From NCBI GenBank assembly GCA_050575255.1, contig JBNZDD010013714.1, forward strand, positions 8,491,851-8,555,850: a DNA stretch of 64,000 bases, given 5' to 3'. The first letter of the stretch is position 1; each line of letters starts with the position of its first letter. Under the pieces are notes generated by a model. The model saw nothing but the letters and a program-made list of their open reading frames with translations. It did no database searches and was not told the DNA's origin. The position numbers were made by a program, and so were the translations under genes. Shown piece by piece: positions 23,228 through 35,721 of this stretch. This DNA comes from Harriotta raleighana (lineage: Eukaryota).

Positions 23228-23345
23228 GCATTTTGGCCACAAATATACAGTCAGTTCAATTTCCACTATATTCTGTGAAGCGCTTTGAGACATCTAGAAA
23301 ATGTGAAAAGTACTATATCAAATGCAAGGATTATGATTATTATTA
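23228..23345 (+). mobile_element. Deu-SINE 3' fragment
   Basis: CACAAATATACAGTCA...TTCTGTGAAGCGCTTTGAGACATCTAGAAAATGTGAAAAG...AATGCAAGGATTATGATTATT. Confidence 0.85.
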
Positions 23346-23867
23346 ACAACTAGCCCAAATATTACCCATAGGCGATATTTTTGGGGGTAGGCGGGATTGG
23401 GGGAGGAGGAGGAGGGGGTTACGTGTATAAGGAAACAACCTTTCTTTAAAATAAGAGGAGCAGTAATCATTTTCATTTTTATTATCGTCACCAAATTAAT
23501 CTGAAAATTATGTCCAATTTGCCCTCACAACTCCAATCAGTAATTCTGATTGTCTTCATTCTCAGACAAACGGAAGCTACTGCTATATTAAACAATTGGT
23601 ATGTTATATACTTCACATGAACTAGAATGTACATTAGTACATAGTCACAGTTTTATATAGCACTTGGAAGCCCTTGACCTCAGAAACCTTCACCAAGGTA
23701 TTTTACTTTGTACAGTACCTTGAGAATTTCAAGTGGAGAGTGTCCTACTGGCCCTAAGCACTGCTAGTTTAACACCTAAATACAGTATTGTGAGCCTAAT
23801 GGGTTGAAAACAAGGAATGGTTCTATTTCCTCTTAAGTATGTCATTAGGGCCATCAGTGAATTTAAT

Positions 23868-23997
23868 ATGATAATAATAATAATAATTCTTGCATTTGAT
23901 ATAGCGCTTTTTACATCATCTAGACATCTCAAAGCACTTCACAGAATATACTGTGAAGTGAATTGACTGTATATTTGTGGGCGAAACATGGCAGCCA
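23868..23997 (-). mobile_element. Deu-SINE 3' fragment
   Basis: (AAT)n...TTGCATTTGATATAGCGCTTTTTACATCATCTAGACATCTCAAAGCACTTCACAGAATATAC. Confidence 0.85.
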
Positions 23998-26900
23998 TAT
24001 GTATTTATAAATGAATAAACTATAATTCTGTAATTATAAAATTATGATAAATTTTATAAATACATTTTACAAATTTTATAAATTGCCATATGTATTTATA
24101 AATAAATAAAATATTAATTTATGTATTTATAACATCATGACAACAATCCAGGTACATTTTCTTTCATTATGTTTGTATAGCACAGAGCCAGAACCGTTTT
24201 GAGTGAATTTCAGGGAATGACAAGGATGCTTCCTGATGACTCCCTGCATCTTTCCATTGTCATTGGCTCTGGTTGCCTTCAGTAGTGAAGCCGACTACAG
24301 TCTTTGTCTATTTGCAGCAGTTTTACCTCTGAGTCCTGAATGGGATGTCCTCCAAAGATTAGAGGTTACACAGCTTTAAACCCTCCTCATAGCATGTGTT
24401 GTTCTGTAATCCAAAATGTTCATTGCTGGGCCGTTTGTTTTTTTAATTTCAATTTGGCAGAAAGAAATCCTGAAATAAAAGTGTGGGCTGTGTCACCATA
24501 TAAACAGACACCAGCTGACCAAAGAAATGTTCCTCACTGTACAAGCAACGGTGACTGATCGGCAGGTCAGATCCTACCCAACCCCTAGTGGTTTAGTGGC
24601 AGCACATAGTCCAATTCCCTGGAGGCTAAAATCATGAGGTTGAGATGAAGAACTTCCCTTTCTTAAATGAGTTCAGTGCCCTGTCCTAAACTAACACAGA
24701 CTCTTTCTCATATGCAATGCTGCCACATTTAATTCAGAAATTTCTCCTTGGAATTAAAGTGTTCAGAACTGGACTAAAAAATCCGAATGCTGACTCTGTT
24801 TTCAATGTTTTAATTTGAATGGATTAATGGAATGATCTGTCATGGTTAATGCAATGATGTGATGTGAGAAACAGCTGGACGCTTAATATTTTGTGCCACT
24901 TATTATTGTAGATATTCTTCCGAAGATCACTCCTGTAATTTTTAATATGTTAAGGTACCATGACCTATGTTACGATTTCTATTTCTTTATGGAGAAAAAT
25001 GCCAAATATAATTAGAAACAAGAAGGCAGGTCTTTGACAGAAGGCACATTGTGTGCTTGAAGAGCTGTACCGCACAGACTGAGACCTCAGAGTAGATTTG
25101 TCTGCAAACCTCTCACTCCGTTTCTGGCTCAGGGAAGTTGTCACCCCTGACTGTAATATGTTCTGAGGGTATACGTACAGTGTCAAAAGAAATTTGTACT
25201 CCTATGTATTCCCTCTTTAAACTACAGAACCTGTCACAAAAACTCATAAAGGCATTGTACGTACCTGAAAACCAGGCAAATCTCAAGTACCATTTAATGC
25301 CTTTATGTAATGGATTCATTCATTACACTCTCAGGGTCAGCCTTTATAATATTGGTGCCTTAAACTAACCAGCACTGGTCTGGGCAATAATGCACTGTTA
25401 TAACATTATGACTGAATATATCTTCAACAGAGGTCCGAGGCGATTGCAGCACTGAAATCAGTCTTTCGCAGACGAAACTGCTAAGCTTGAAGGAAAACAC
25501 AACCTTATTTACAAGAGAAATATACAATGTGGGACTGTGTATGTAGCTACGTGGCATATTTTAAATTTGTACTGAAACATATTATGCTGACTGCAAAAAT
25601 AATGAATAAATTGAAACAGCCTTGAGGTTAGGAGTAGACAAGCATCGGCTGTACTGCACATTATTGAAGAAAATAAAGAAATTCGTAAGAAATCTATTTC
25701 CTGTGCATTGTGAACTATTAATAGGTCAATTTAGCTTGATTTGATACAACCTCTGCATATAAGGGTTAATCATTCCAGTGGTTTTCAGCAGCTACATGTT
25801 CTCGAGGGAAGTTTTGAACAGACTACTGTGTAGTGTGGGGTTAGTTGCACTGTCCTAGGGTCATGCAGGTCAGCTGATAACTGCACTTTGAGACTCAGGC
25901 TCCTGTGAGACACAGCTGCCAAGCTCATCTTGTCATCCATTATGGCCATCGTTCTTTCGTATTATTCTACTGGTTAAAACACAGCACACTGTAGTAAGTA
26001 ATTGGATAGATAGTTCAGGTCTGTGATCAGTGGGAGTTTACATGGTAATAGCAGTGCACACTTTGCCAGATCCACATAACATTTTCACGGGACACTTATT
26101 CTTAGCAGACTGTAAAAGAGAGTAAGGTACTAACACAAATTCAAATTGAGAATGCTGGTGAGAGGTGACCATTATTCATACTGCTGCAGGGGTTACAAAG
26201 GTATATAAAGCAACCATTCATGAGATTAAGCACTTTAAAACAGAAATAAAAATACAAATGCTCTGTAGTTTAGTAGTACAGATAAAACCTGGCTGGACAG
26301 TGATAGTGATACCTGCTGTTATATGGATAATTTTATTAATGGCTCTACGTTCAACCGTTCTTCCTTTGTCTTTCCTTCCAACCCATTCTCTTCTTTCACA
26401 GAATAGTTGTGTTTCACCTGGTGAAGGTCACTGCCTGAGATAATTTGAACAAGATTTAAAACTATATATAAAAAAAATCAATAAATGGTGTTCAGGCTGA
26501 GGGTGATTTTTTGTGTAGGGCAGGGTGCCAAGGTTCAGAGGGCAAATACCGACCTCCTTTCACCCACCCTGCTGCAGGGAGAAGACACTCCCCAAGACTC
26601 AACTCTCCACGGACTGTATAATTTCAGGAATGCTTGATGTAACCCATACATCACTGTCTCCCACACTAGGTGTAAAATTAAACTCTAATGTACAAAGTTA
26701 AACCAAAACGAGATAAAAATTGGCAGGGGTTTGAATAGGATCATAGTGGACCAGACACAAGGTGGGTGCTGGACCCTGTGATTTATACAACGCAGGACAC
26801 TGAGGCATTTCGAATACACAGCAAATCTTAGATACTGTTTGTAAATATACAGATTGATTAATGGGACTGAACACTGTGGCCTAGAAGGAAGTACTGTTAG

Positions 26901-27647
26901 AATAAAAATTCTACAATCGTGGCAAACAATAATTCCTAATTTTGGGACGTAGAGTAGTTTAATAAACAGAGTCTATTAACCCCTGCTTTCCCAGTCAGTT
27001 TTCTAAAAATTGATGTTTTTCTTTCTTTCAAAATCCTCATCCTCCATTGAATTTCACTTTGAGACATTTTTTGAGCAGAACGTTGCATCACCTATTACCC
27101 ATTCAGTCAGGTGTCTGGGTCTCTCGGAGTAGCCGCACATTTTGAAATCAGGCACATATTTGGCAACAGGCGACCACTCCTTGGTCAGTGAACATGTCAT
27201 CTACACCTATGCATCATAGGGGTCAGGCATTCCAGTGATTTACAATGATGCATATACATAGCAAGGGAAGAACTGGCTGGATGTGAAGATATGAACATCT
27301 ATGTACAGATCCATATAATAGCTGAACTTAAGAACATAGTCTACGGTTGCATTCAAAATATCCAACTAGACACTTAATGAAGCAGATACCTTTATCTGTG
27401 AAGCGCCTTTATACTATCAGACTTGTCAGTGAAACCTTGAAGATGTTTTGAAATCAAGCAGCTGTACACTTTTCCGAGTTAGACCTGACAAGGGGCTATT
27501 TATGGGCATGAAGCAAGCAGATAGCATTTTAATTAGTTAACATATTCTTGCATGAAGAATTGTTCCCTTTAATAAAAGCATTTGGAAGATTCACTTGGCA
27601 CATGATTACGGAACTAAAAGTACCCATACAATAACAAAGGCGATAAC

Positions 27648-27765
27648 TAATAATATAAAAATAACTTGCGTTTGATATAGCACCTCATCACATCATTGAA
27701 ACATTTCAAAGCGCTTCACAGGAAAAATTGTAAAGTGTAGTGACTGTATATTTTGTGTGTGAAAA
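27648..27765 (-). mobile_element. Deu-SINE 3' fragment
   Basis: CTTGCGTTTGATATAGCACC...CAAAGCGCTTCACAG...GTGACTGTATATTTTGTG. Confidence 0.75.
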
Positions 27766-28831
27766 ATTATTGTGCATGTGAAGCAGCAAATAAAGCTTTA
27801 TTTCCCAAGAATGAGAGACTCTTAATTCATGAGAACCCCTGGAATGTGTAGGCTTTTCTTACACACAGAACAAGGAAGATATCCACCAATCCTGGTCCAA
27901 CACACTTTTTGTGAAAAAAAATGCCAAAAAGAACAAAAGGTCATTTTCTCTGAATTTTAAAATGTGGTTAGCGCACCTCAACGTTGATATATATGCTGGT
28001 TGTCAGGGAAACGTGAATTTATTTGCTAGAAGTAACCTCAGTCGGCAGTTCCTATGGATGAGGCAGCCCACGGTTTTGTGCTTCCATAGCTCTGAATGGA
28101 TTAGTGGAGCACTGCATTCCGCGGCTGCCAATAACCTCAGTGTTAGTGGAATAAATCGGTTATATCACCCAGTTGTAGGAAACCAAATAACACAGCTCGA
28201 AAGGGTTCCATCTGGATGTAATATATGCAATAAAATATTCTCATCAAGTATTTGGCTTATTTCACAAGTTTACAGTGCAATTTTGGTCCAAGCTGATGTT
28301 TGATTTAATCTTGGCTGTTCATTTGTTCTTAGATGTTTTGTGGAAAGCCAAGTTATATTGTGTGCGTGTGATATCAGCATTACTGATCGCGATGCAATAT
28401 CAAATTGACGGAACAAAGGTAAGCTGATGTAAAAATATGATAACCCTTGAAATCCAGGCAGTGGAGCTATATCAGATATTAGAGCATTGATACATAGTGC
28501 CTCGTGGGTTGGCACTGGGCTCATACATGCAATGTTGCTGACTGTAAGCTTACCCCAGCAAGATGTTCAATGCAAATCGCTGAACATTCTTGCATCAAAG
28601 TAGAAGGATTCAGAGGGAGGATTATCCTAGCTGGAAGCAGCCAGTCTCAGGGATGGGATTGGCAGACGCCTGTGAGCAGTGATGTGCAAAGAACCATCTA
28701 GAAAAGGGTTAAAATTTTCCATGAGAATTAGTGCGACACCTACTAAATAATGAAGTAAACCTGCGCGATACCACAGAGGTAACATATTGGTCATCAGACA
28801 GAACAGATTTTGCTAGTACAGGTGTTTGACA

Positions 28832-29370
28832 ACACAATACAAAATCACGCTTGTAAAGTGCCTTGTTGTGCAAGGACACAGATGAAAAGGAAGGGCTTGA
28901 GTCATGCCTTAAAGGAGCCAAGGGAGTGGGCTAAATGAAGGGAATATGGAATGCAGTTCCAGAACATGGGGGTAGAGAGGATGAAGGCCTGACCACCGAT
29001 GGCGGTGCAGGCCAGCCGGGTGCAAGGGCAGGCCGGAGCCTATTGAGTGGAGGGATGGATGGTTTGATAAGGGATGAGCAGATTGTAGAGGTAGGTAGGG
29101 GGAAGGCCATGGAGGGCCTTGAAGGTGAGGACAAGGATTTTGAACTTGATCCTCTAAAGGATTGGTAGCCAGTGGAGCCAGGTCTGGGTGGGAGTGATGG
29201 AGTCATGGAGCCTGGTGAGGGAGAGGACATGAGCTGCAGCATTCTGGATGATCTGCAGTTTTTGGAGGGAAGGCCGACAAGCAGAGTGGTGGCATAGTTG
29301 AGCCTGGTTATACTGAAGGCATGTATGAAGGTTTTGGAGGCCTGAGAGGTGAAGCAGTGGCAGAGGCAAT
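28832..29370 (-). mobile_element. L2-clade LINE, 5'-truncated and frameshifted (ORF2 C-terminus + 3' end)
   Basis: Minus-strand peptides KTFIHAFSITRLNYATTLLVGLPS and KLQIIQNAAAHVLSLTRLHDSITPTQTWLHWLPI match the hallmark L2 ORF2 motifs (L.HAF..SRLDYCN.LL.GLP; LQ.IQNAAAR; HITP.L..LHWLP). Confidence 0.9.
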
Positions 29371-29464
29371 GAGTTTGGATTCCATTTAAGACTCTTCTAT
29401 GTTTTAAACAGAAGACTGTAGGTCTGGTATTCTGAAAGGTGAAACCAGCTAGCCTTGTTCGTAG

Positions 29465-29697
29465 AATAATAATAATCCTTACTTTTGATGTAGCGTTTAT
29501 CATGTCTTCGGACGTTCTCTTGACGTGAAAGGCCCTCTAGAAATGTAACTTTGTTGTTGTTCTAGACATCTCAAAGCGCTTCACAGAATATACTGTAAAG
29601 TAAATTGACTGCATATTTTATGGGTGAAATTCGGCAGCCAAATGTCAATTGCACACAGCAGTGTCCCACAAAGAGTCGTGGATTGAAATAACCAATT
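29465..29697 (-). mobile_element. Deu-SINE 3' fragment interrupted by a nested insertion
   Basis: Aligns to the copy at 60853-61040 once 29510-29562 is removed. Confidence 0.8.
29510..29562 (+). mobile_element. 53-bp L2-type tail with (TTG)n end nested in the SINE
   Basis: GGACGTTCTCTTGACGTGAAAGGCCCTCTAGAAATGTAACTTTGTTGTTGTTC resembles the tails at 46660-46710 and 56508-56563. Confidence 0.7.
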
Positions 29698-30203
29698 TTT
29701 TTATTTTTTTTGACTATTTATTTTAACCTTTCTTATGATCTTGTTATGTACTATTCACTCTCACAGTGCAAACATATGCTGTGCAGGGCTTGTCATAGTA
29801 CATGTCTTGATTTAGATCTCCAGGAGTAAGGATATAAGTAGCGGTGTCATCGAGTTTCATAATTTAACTCCAGTACCAGTGCTCTTATTCAGGAAAACAA
29901 TTGAAACCTCTTTCTGCATGGAATCTTTTTCCATGATTCAGTTTGACACTTAAAAAAAAGTATAGAAAAGATGGTATTTTCACATGGAGAATCTGTGAAC
30001 ATTTTTCACGTGAAACCAACAAATGGAATCCAGCACCTTTTAAACAGTTACTGTCAGTGGAGCTGAGCATGGCATTATTTTGGGGAATTTTTGAGGAATC
30101 GTTGACTGTTTACTGTGGGGGACAACTGTCATTTTTATGTTGTAAGTTTTATGATGTTAGTTAGGTGCAGTCCTGGAAGGTTTCTTATGAAAATCTGCAA
30201 TTC

Positions 30204-30975
30204 ACAACAACAACAAAATTACACTTGTATAGAGCATTTCACATCAGGAGGACATTCTAAGGCGCTGGATAGTCAATGTTTCAGACCTGAGCTGGGGTTG
30301 AGAACGGGGAGCATGGAGGGAAAGGAGGGGATTTGGGGTGACTGATGGGATTGTCGAAAAGGAGGGTCTTGAGGAAGGACTTGAAGGAGGCTAGGGAGGG
30401 AGCGAGGTGGCGGGACTGCAGGATGGAATTCCAGAGGTTGGAGACACAGTGGATGAAGGCATGCCGGCTGATGGTGGGGCTGGTGGTTCGGGGGACATGG
30501 AGCAGGCCAGAGGCTGCTGAGCAGAGTGGGTAGACAGGAGGCCTTTGAAGATGAGGATCTTGAATTGAATCGTCTGGTTGATGTGGAGTCAATGGAGATG
30601 GGGTCACGGAGCTTGGAGCGCCAGAGGACCCGGGCTGTAGAGAGGCCGCAGGATTATCTCAGCCTATGGAGGGAGGAGTTGNTCGGGTGAAAATGGAGAT
30701 GGGGTCACGGAGCTTGGAGCGCCAGAGGACCCGGGCTGTAGNGCTGCTGAGCAGAGTGGGTAGACAGGAGGCCTTTGAAGATGAGGATCTTGAATTGAAT
30801 CGTCTGGTTGATGTGGAGTCAATGGAGTCGGGTGAAAATGGAGATGGGGTCACGGAGCTTGGAGCGCCAGAGGACCCGGGCTGTAGAGAGGCCGCAGGAT
30901 TATCTCAGCCTATGGAGGGAGGAGTTGGGAAGGCTGACAAGCAGGGCGTTGCTTTAGTCGAGCCTGGATGTGATG
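30204..30975 (-). mobile_element. L2-clade LINE 3' fragment (internally scrambled around Ns)
   Basis: Peptide LLHVPRTTSPTISRHAFIHCVSNLWNSILQSRHLAPSLASFKSFLKTLLFD is the L2 ORF2 C-terminus, and there is a (CAA)n tail at 30204-30217. 30510-30920 contains shuffled duplicate segments at single Ns. Confidence 0.9.
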
Positions 30976-31120
30976 AACTTGCATTTATATTGTGCCCTAC
31001 ACGCAGGAATAGCGCCCCAGAGCACTTTGAAGTAGTGGAATCTAACAATGAGCCCAGGAAGAGAGGGAGGGGGAGGGTACTGTAAGCACAATCAAAAAGG
31101 TAGGTCTTTAGGCAGAAAGA
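30976..31120 (-). mobile_element. Second, older L2 3' end abutting the previous L2
   Basis: AACTTGCATTTATATTGTGCCCTACACG...AGCACTTTG tail followed by a purine-rich L2-like 3' region. Confidence 0.5.
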
Positions 31121-31134
31121 ATGTTTGTTTCAGT

Positions 31135-31460
31135 GTTCACAGTGCTGTTATCTGATCTCTGTTGGGAGTACTATAATTGGTCTCAGTTCCCAGCAATAGG
31201 AAAGTTAAATCTGATGTTTTGGCATTCCCCACACCCCCCTCCCCCACCCACTCCCACCCAATAGAATAGGTACATGTGCAGCGGCTTTGGAGCAAGGAGA
31301 AAAATAGGTATTGTTGCACCCTCCACAGTCAGGTATCCTATGGACACTCACTGCCTTGGATCGCACATGAAGAATGGCCATTTAAGTGAGTTTGTGTTAC
31401 TAGAGGGCTCCTAGTGCCAGTATGAATCACTGACTTGAGAAAAGAGGAAGAAAATTGTGG
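31135..31460 (+). mobile_element. Diverged copy of a second SINE-like family (body and 3' part)
   Basis: GTGCTGTTATCTGATCTC...ATAATTGGTCTCAG...GACACTCACTG...CACATGAAGAATGGCCATTT...GAGGAAGAAAATTG resembles a repeat recalled from chondrichthyan genomes. It shares GTGCTG..TTA.CTGATCTC with 44625-44645. Family name not assigned. Confidence 0.55.
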
Positions 31461-32637
31461 ATAAAATGAAAGGCAGCAGTGTATATGCAAAATCTGTACT
31501 ATTTTCAACTAGCCAGACCTGGCTTCACTGTGCAACAACATAAAATAAGTGTTCCATTTCTTCAAATGAGAATGTGAACACCTTTAATCTTCAGTATGGC
31601 TTGCTCTTTCAACAACTTTTCCATCTCTCTGCAGGCCAGACTTGAGTATTGTGTCATGCCTTCATTTTCAATTACTGATATGGTCTTCATCAGTGTAGAA
31701 TCTTTCCACCCAGCAACAGCATGGGTAACATGACAGATTATTGCTTACAGTGAGAATGTATCATGGAACTGGGACTATGAAAAATTCGTAGATGGAACTA
31801 AAGACACAACAAAGCACTTGTTCTTAATAGTATAGCTAGTGGCTACATAAAAATGACAATAAGGTTGAGAGAAAAGATAAAAGAAAAAAAAACGCTGGGA
31901 GCAGCTACTCAATCTACTAAATGTTTCTTGAGAGAGGAAATATTCTTGATAAGAAATCTTGGTGACAAATTAGTAATCATGCAGCACTTCAGAAAGGAAC
32001 ATTTCGCACCATTCATTGGACTTTAAAAGGTAGGATAGAGGGGCAGGATGTATAATGGTGAACTGACTGATCAGGTAGTTAGATTTGTTTAGAGAAGGAT
32101 AGTGGAAGATGTGAAATATCGTGCTTAGCAGACAAGATTCTTGCTTGTGAGGGTTAGGATTGAGCTGTATTCCCCATTGAAATTATTTTCTTTTCTGTAG
32201 ATTATTGAAAAGGGATGTACCCTTCAGATGGGTATGACTATTTGTAATAATATAATTTTTAGCAAGAACATGGAGCAAGTCTAGAAATCGTACAGCCAGA
32301 GAACATCCCCAGATACCACCTTATACCTACATTCCTGACTACACTAGATATGCATTTAAAACAGACAGTGTAAGAACAATATCTACCTTCACTTCAACAG
32401 GTTTATATTCTTTAATATATTAGCCTTCAAACCGAAATGATCTCTTTCCCTAGTGAAGTCATTATCTTGGATTTGGATCCACGGGTGTTGCAAGCATTAT
32501 TTTCTTACTGTGTTTTGGGGCAGATATATTTTGCAACACATAACTGATGGGACACAGATTATGAAGGATTTAATTGTAAATAGTTTAAGGTCCAGAAAAC
32601 AAGCTACTAAAATCCCACTTTCTTTCATTTTTCACTC

Positions 32638-32782
32638 TTAGAATCATAGAATATTACAGCACAGAAGAAGGCCATTCGGCCCATCATGCTTTATGCTGGC
32701 TTTTTGGAAGAGCTATCCAATCAGTCCCACTCCCCCATTCTTTCCCCATATCCTTACTATTCTTTCTTTATAGAATCATAGA
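32638..32782 (-). mobile_element. CR1-clade LINE 3' end
   Basis: TAGAATCATAGAA...ACAGCACAGAAGAAGGCCATTCGGCCCATC...GAAGAGCTATCCAATCAGTCCCACTCCCC is a CR1-type 3' end in reverse orientation; a second copy is at 55935. Confidence 0.75.
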
Positions 32783-35564
32783 CAATCTCTTGTGTGATCT
32801 ATTCAAGCTACTTGGGAACCAATAAAGCCATATCACTTCATACGAAATCAATGGGTAGGGCTTGTCATATGGACCTAGTGCTCCAGTACCTGTTAGCGTC
32901 TGCTGAATCATTGAAATGAGGCATCCATTTATGCTGCTTTAGCCTCTTTGCATACTTTAAGTCACCGAGCACCTCTGCACTTACAAAAAAGCAAAGTTAT
33001 TTACAGTTAGTTTACTTAAAAACAATAAAAAGTGTACAGGTGATTTGAATTGGATCTATGTGTTTTAAATCATAACCGAAGATAAAGTTATTTTGCCATT
33101 AATTGGTAAAACAACACCAAGGATGTTTCCGCATGTTGCTTCCTCTAGGCACGAAGCACCAATGTGCAAGAGATTCTGTCATCCTACATTGGTGCCTGTG
33201 TCGGCTGTTGTACTGTAGTTAGTGTCTGTTGAAACCATCACTTGTGTGAGTCTTGGCTCGTACGAGTAACAGTGAGATCAATTCCATAATGCCAGTTTTA
33301 TAGTGCTATTTTAGTACAGAAGTGCAGTTAATCATTGTCCATAAATATGAGCATTAGAAATCCCATGCAGGAGGTGTTGATTGGTATGGGAAATGCAAAT
33401 ATCCCACTGCTGCAGTAGAGGGCACTCTTCTAAGGTTGGTATTGATGCACATCTTTTAGGACATTTTTTTAAGACAGATTTAAGAGGTGCTCAACCATTA
33501 CATTTGACCCATGCTGCAATTGCCCTTGGAGCATTTGATGTTATGTGTGGACGTCCAAACATCTGTCAGTTTTATCAATGAACATAAATGTTGTATCAGT
33601 ACCACACATTGACCCAGCTCACTAACACTTCCCCATTTGGGGTCAATTTTGTTTTCCTGTTTAATCATTCTGTTTTTATCATTCGTTACCTTTTTGGTTT
33701 TACGAATGGGGTTCTATTTTCCTTTCTTATAAAACATATAAAAACTAGAATCACAGAAGCGAAACTAAGCAAAAATAAAATGGTGGTTTCAGGTGGTTCA
33801 AAGCACCGAAGTTGGTGTTTCAAAAGAACAAACAGCAGAAGATTTGTTATAAAATGCATATGATATGTGGAGGTTTTTTTTAGACCTGGCTTTTTCAAAA
33901 ATTTTTCCTGGCAATAAAATTAGATGTGATTTTCAATGGAACTTGTTATATGATTGGCAAGGAGCAAAAGCAAATGGAAACAATTCCCTGTAACATTTAC
34001 TGTTCCCAATTGAGATCTGAAGCAAAACCATGAGTGTTTTAATCTTTTTTTCCACTCCACTAAATCACCTGAGTTGGGGAATTCATCTAGTTTGATCAAA
34101 ATGTGAAATGTTGATGTTCTGTTGTGAAATGCTACCCTCCTTATTTCATATGCTAAACACTCAGAAATCTTCCAATATAACAACACCAATTTTTTTTTGT
34201 GTGGCTGATATATTATGAAGGACATCTCAGCCTGTTTCATTGATATTTCTATAATTTATTTTTCTCTCTCTCTGTGCATCATTCCATGCAAAATGTGGTG
34301 TGTGTGTATGTTTGTAAGGGTGGATAGATGGGGGTGGGGGGAAGGAAAGTATTGTTTTATGGTAATTTTTATGACTAAATGTTAACACAAAATTGCTGTT
34401 CTTAATTAGAAGAAATAGTAATAGATATGTTCTTTTCCCATCTGGATTTTGAAGCATCGTAAGCAGAACCGTTTCCTAAAGGAACTTTGCTTGCAGTGTC
34501 TTTAATGAACAACAGCTGTCATTGTGGTTTTCCCCAAGTAAAACGATTCATGTATTTTGCTCAGAAAGCACTAAGTGGAACAAATATTAACCTGAACCCC
34601 AGTAACATCCTCACTACGTGTTCAAGGAACAAATAAATAAGCTAGATTTTTTTGTGAAATTTTTTTGTGAAAAAAAACTAATTTATTTAGCAGCCAAGGG
34701 ATACAAATCCCAAACCTGTTGTTTATAAGTGACAGGCAGATGAGGAGGAAGGGTAAGATAGACCATATCTGGCAATCACCCAGATCTATGTCATATTCAT
34801 ATCTCCCTCGTTCTCAGATTTTTTTAAACCATTTTATACAATATTCATTACTGTTAAGAAGACGGTGATTTTTTTTTCTGTTTGGCTGCACAATTCATAT
34901 ATTGCAGCAAAAAAAAACAATAAATAAATGGTAAACAGAAATCCTATCGATGCACATCAGCCTCGTTCCATTACCTGGACTGAGATAAAGCGAATGAAAA
35001 TGCAATGAACAGTTTTGTGGCAGCCGGGGAATAAAGACTGTTAGCATACATTTCTGGAGGCACCTGCTTTGATTTAATTGTTAAAGTTATTTTAATCTCA
35101 GTATGTAGTAGAGCAACGGATCCTGTTGTCTTTTGCAGATTAAAAAGGTGGCAACAGGTGGGAACTAACAAAGCCAGGGGGCTCGCTCCAACAGGATGCA
35201 GATTCAGTCAAGAAACACTGAAGGTGATTGTTCAGCAATAAACTCAGTAAGAAATAAGATGTCACTGATTCATTAACTACAGTTTTGTGGCGATTTGGGT
35301 CTCATTGAGAATTAACTTTAAACACTTGTGATGGATGATGTGTCAAAGAGACGATGTAAAAAACATGGAGGTAAATTAAGTTATGGGGGTAGAATGTGGA
35401 ATTCAAACCTTGCCAGCACCCCGCAACTCCCCAAACCCCCCGTCCCCCCCACTCTCCCCCTCCCACTCTGACTCCACTACCACTCCAACAAGCAGCAGAG
35501 GGTGTCAACCTGACCCTGATAGTAGCATCAGTGTCCAAGTCCAACATTCTTCCAGATAAATCAG

Positions 35565-35721
35565 TCAGTTACCTCCTAGCTATTTGTTGGGCCTCGCTGT
35601 CTGCACATTGTCTGTCGCAGTTGCTCACAAATAGTCACTACACTTGACAGTAATTAACCTACAAAGAGCTTTGAGATGTTTTGACATTATAGTTGCTGTA
35701 TCAAATGCAAGGATTATATTA
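35565..35721 (+). mobile_element. Diverged Deu-SINE 3' fragment
   Basis: GCTATTTGTTGGG...AGTCACTACACTT...GAGCTTTGAGATG...GCTGTATCAAATGCAAGGATTAT. Confidence 0.7.

Noticed and set aside
28931-29503. 190-aa ORF as a host gene
   Set aside because: Frameshifted L2 ORF2 remnant running into a SINE tail.
30510-30925. Shuffled internal repeats in the L2 and the 139-aa plus-strand ORF 30666-31085
   Set aside because: Segments are permuted at single Ns (artefact), and the ORF is the antisense frame of an L2 relic.
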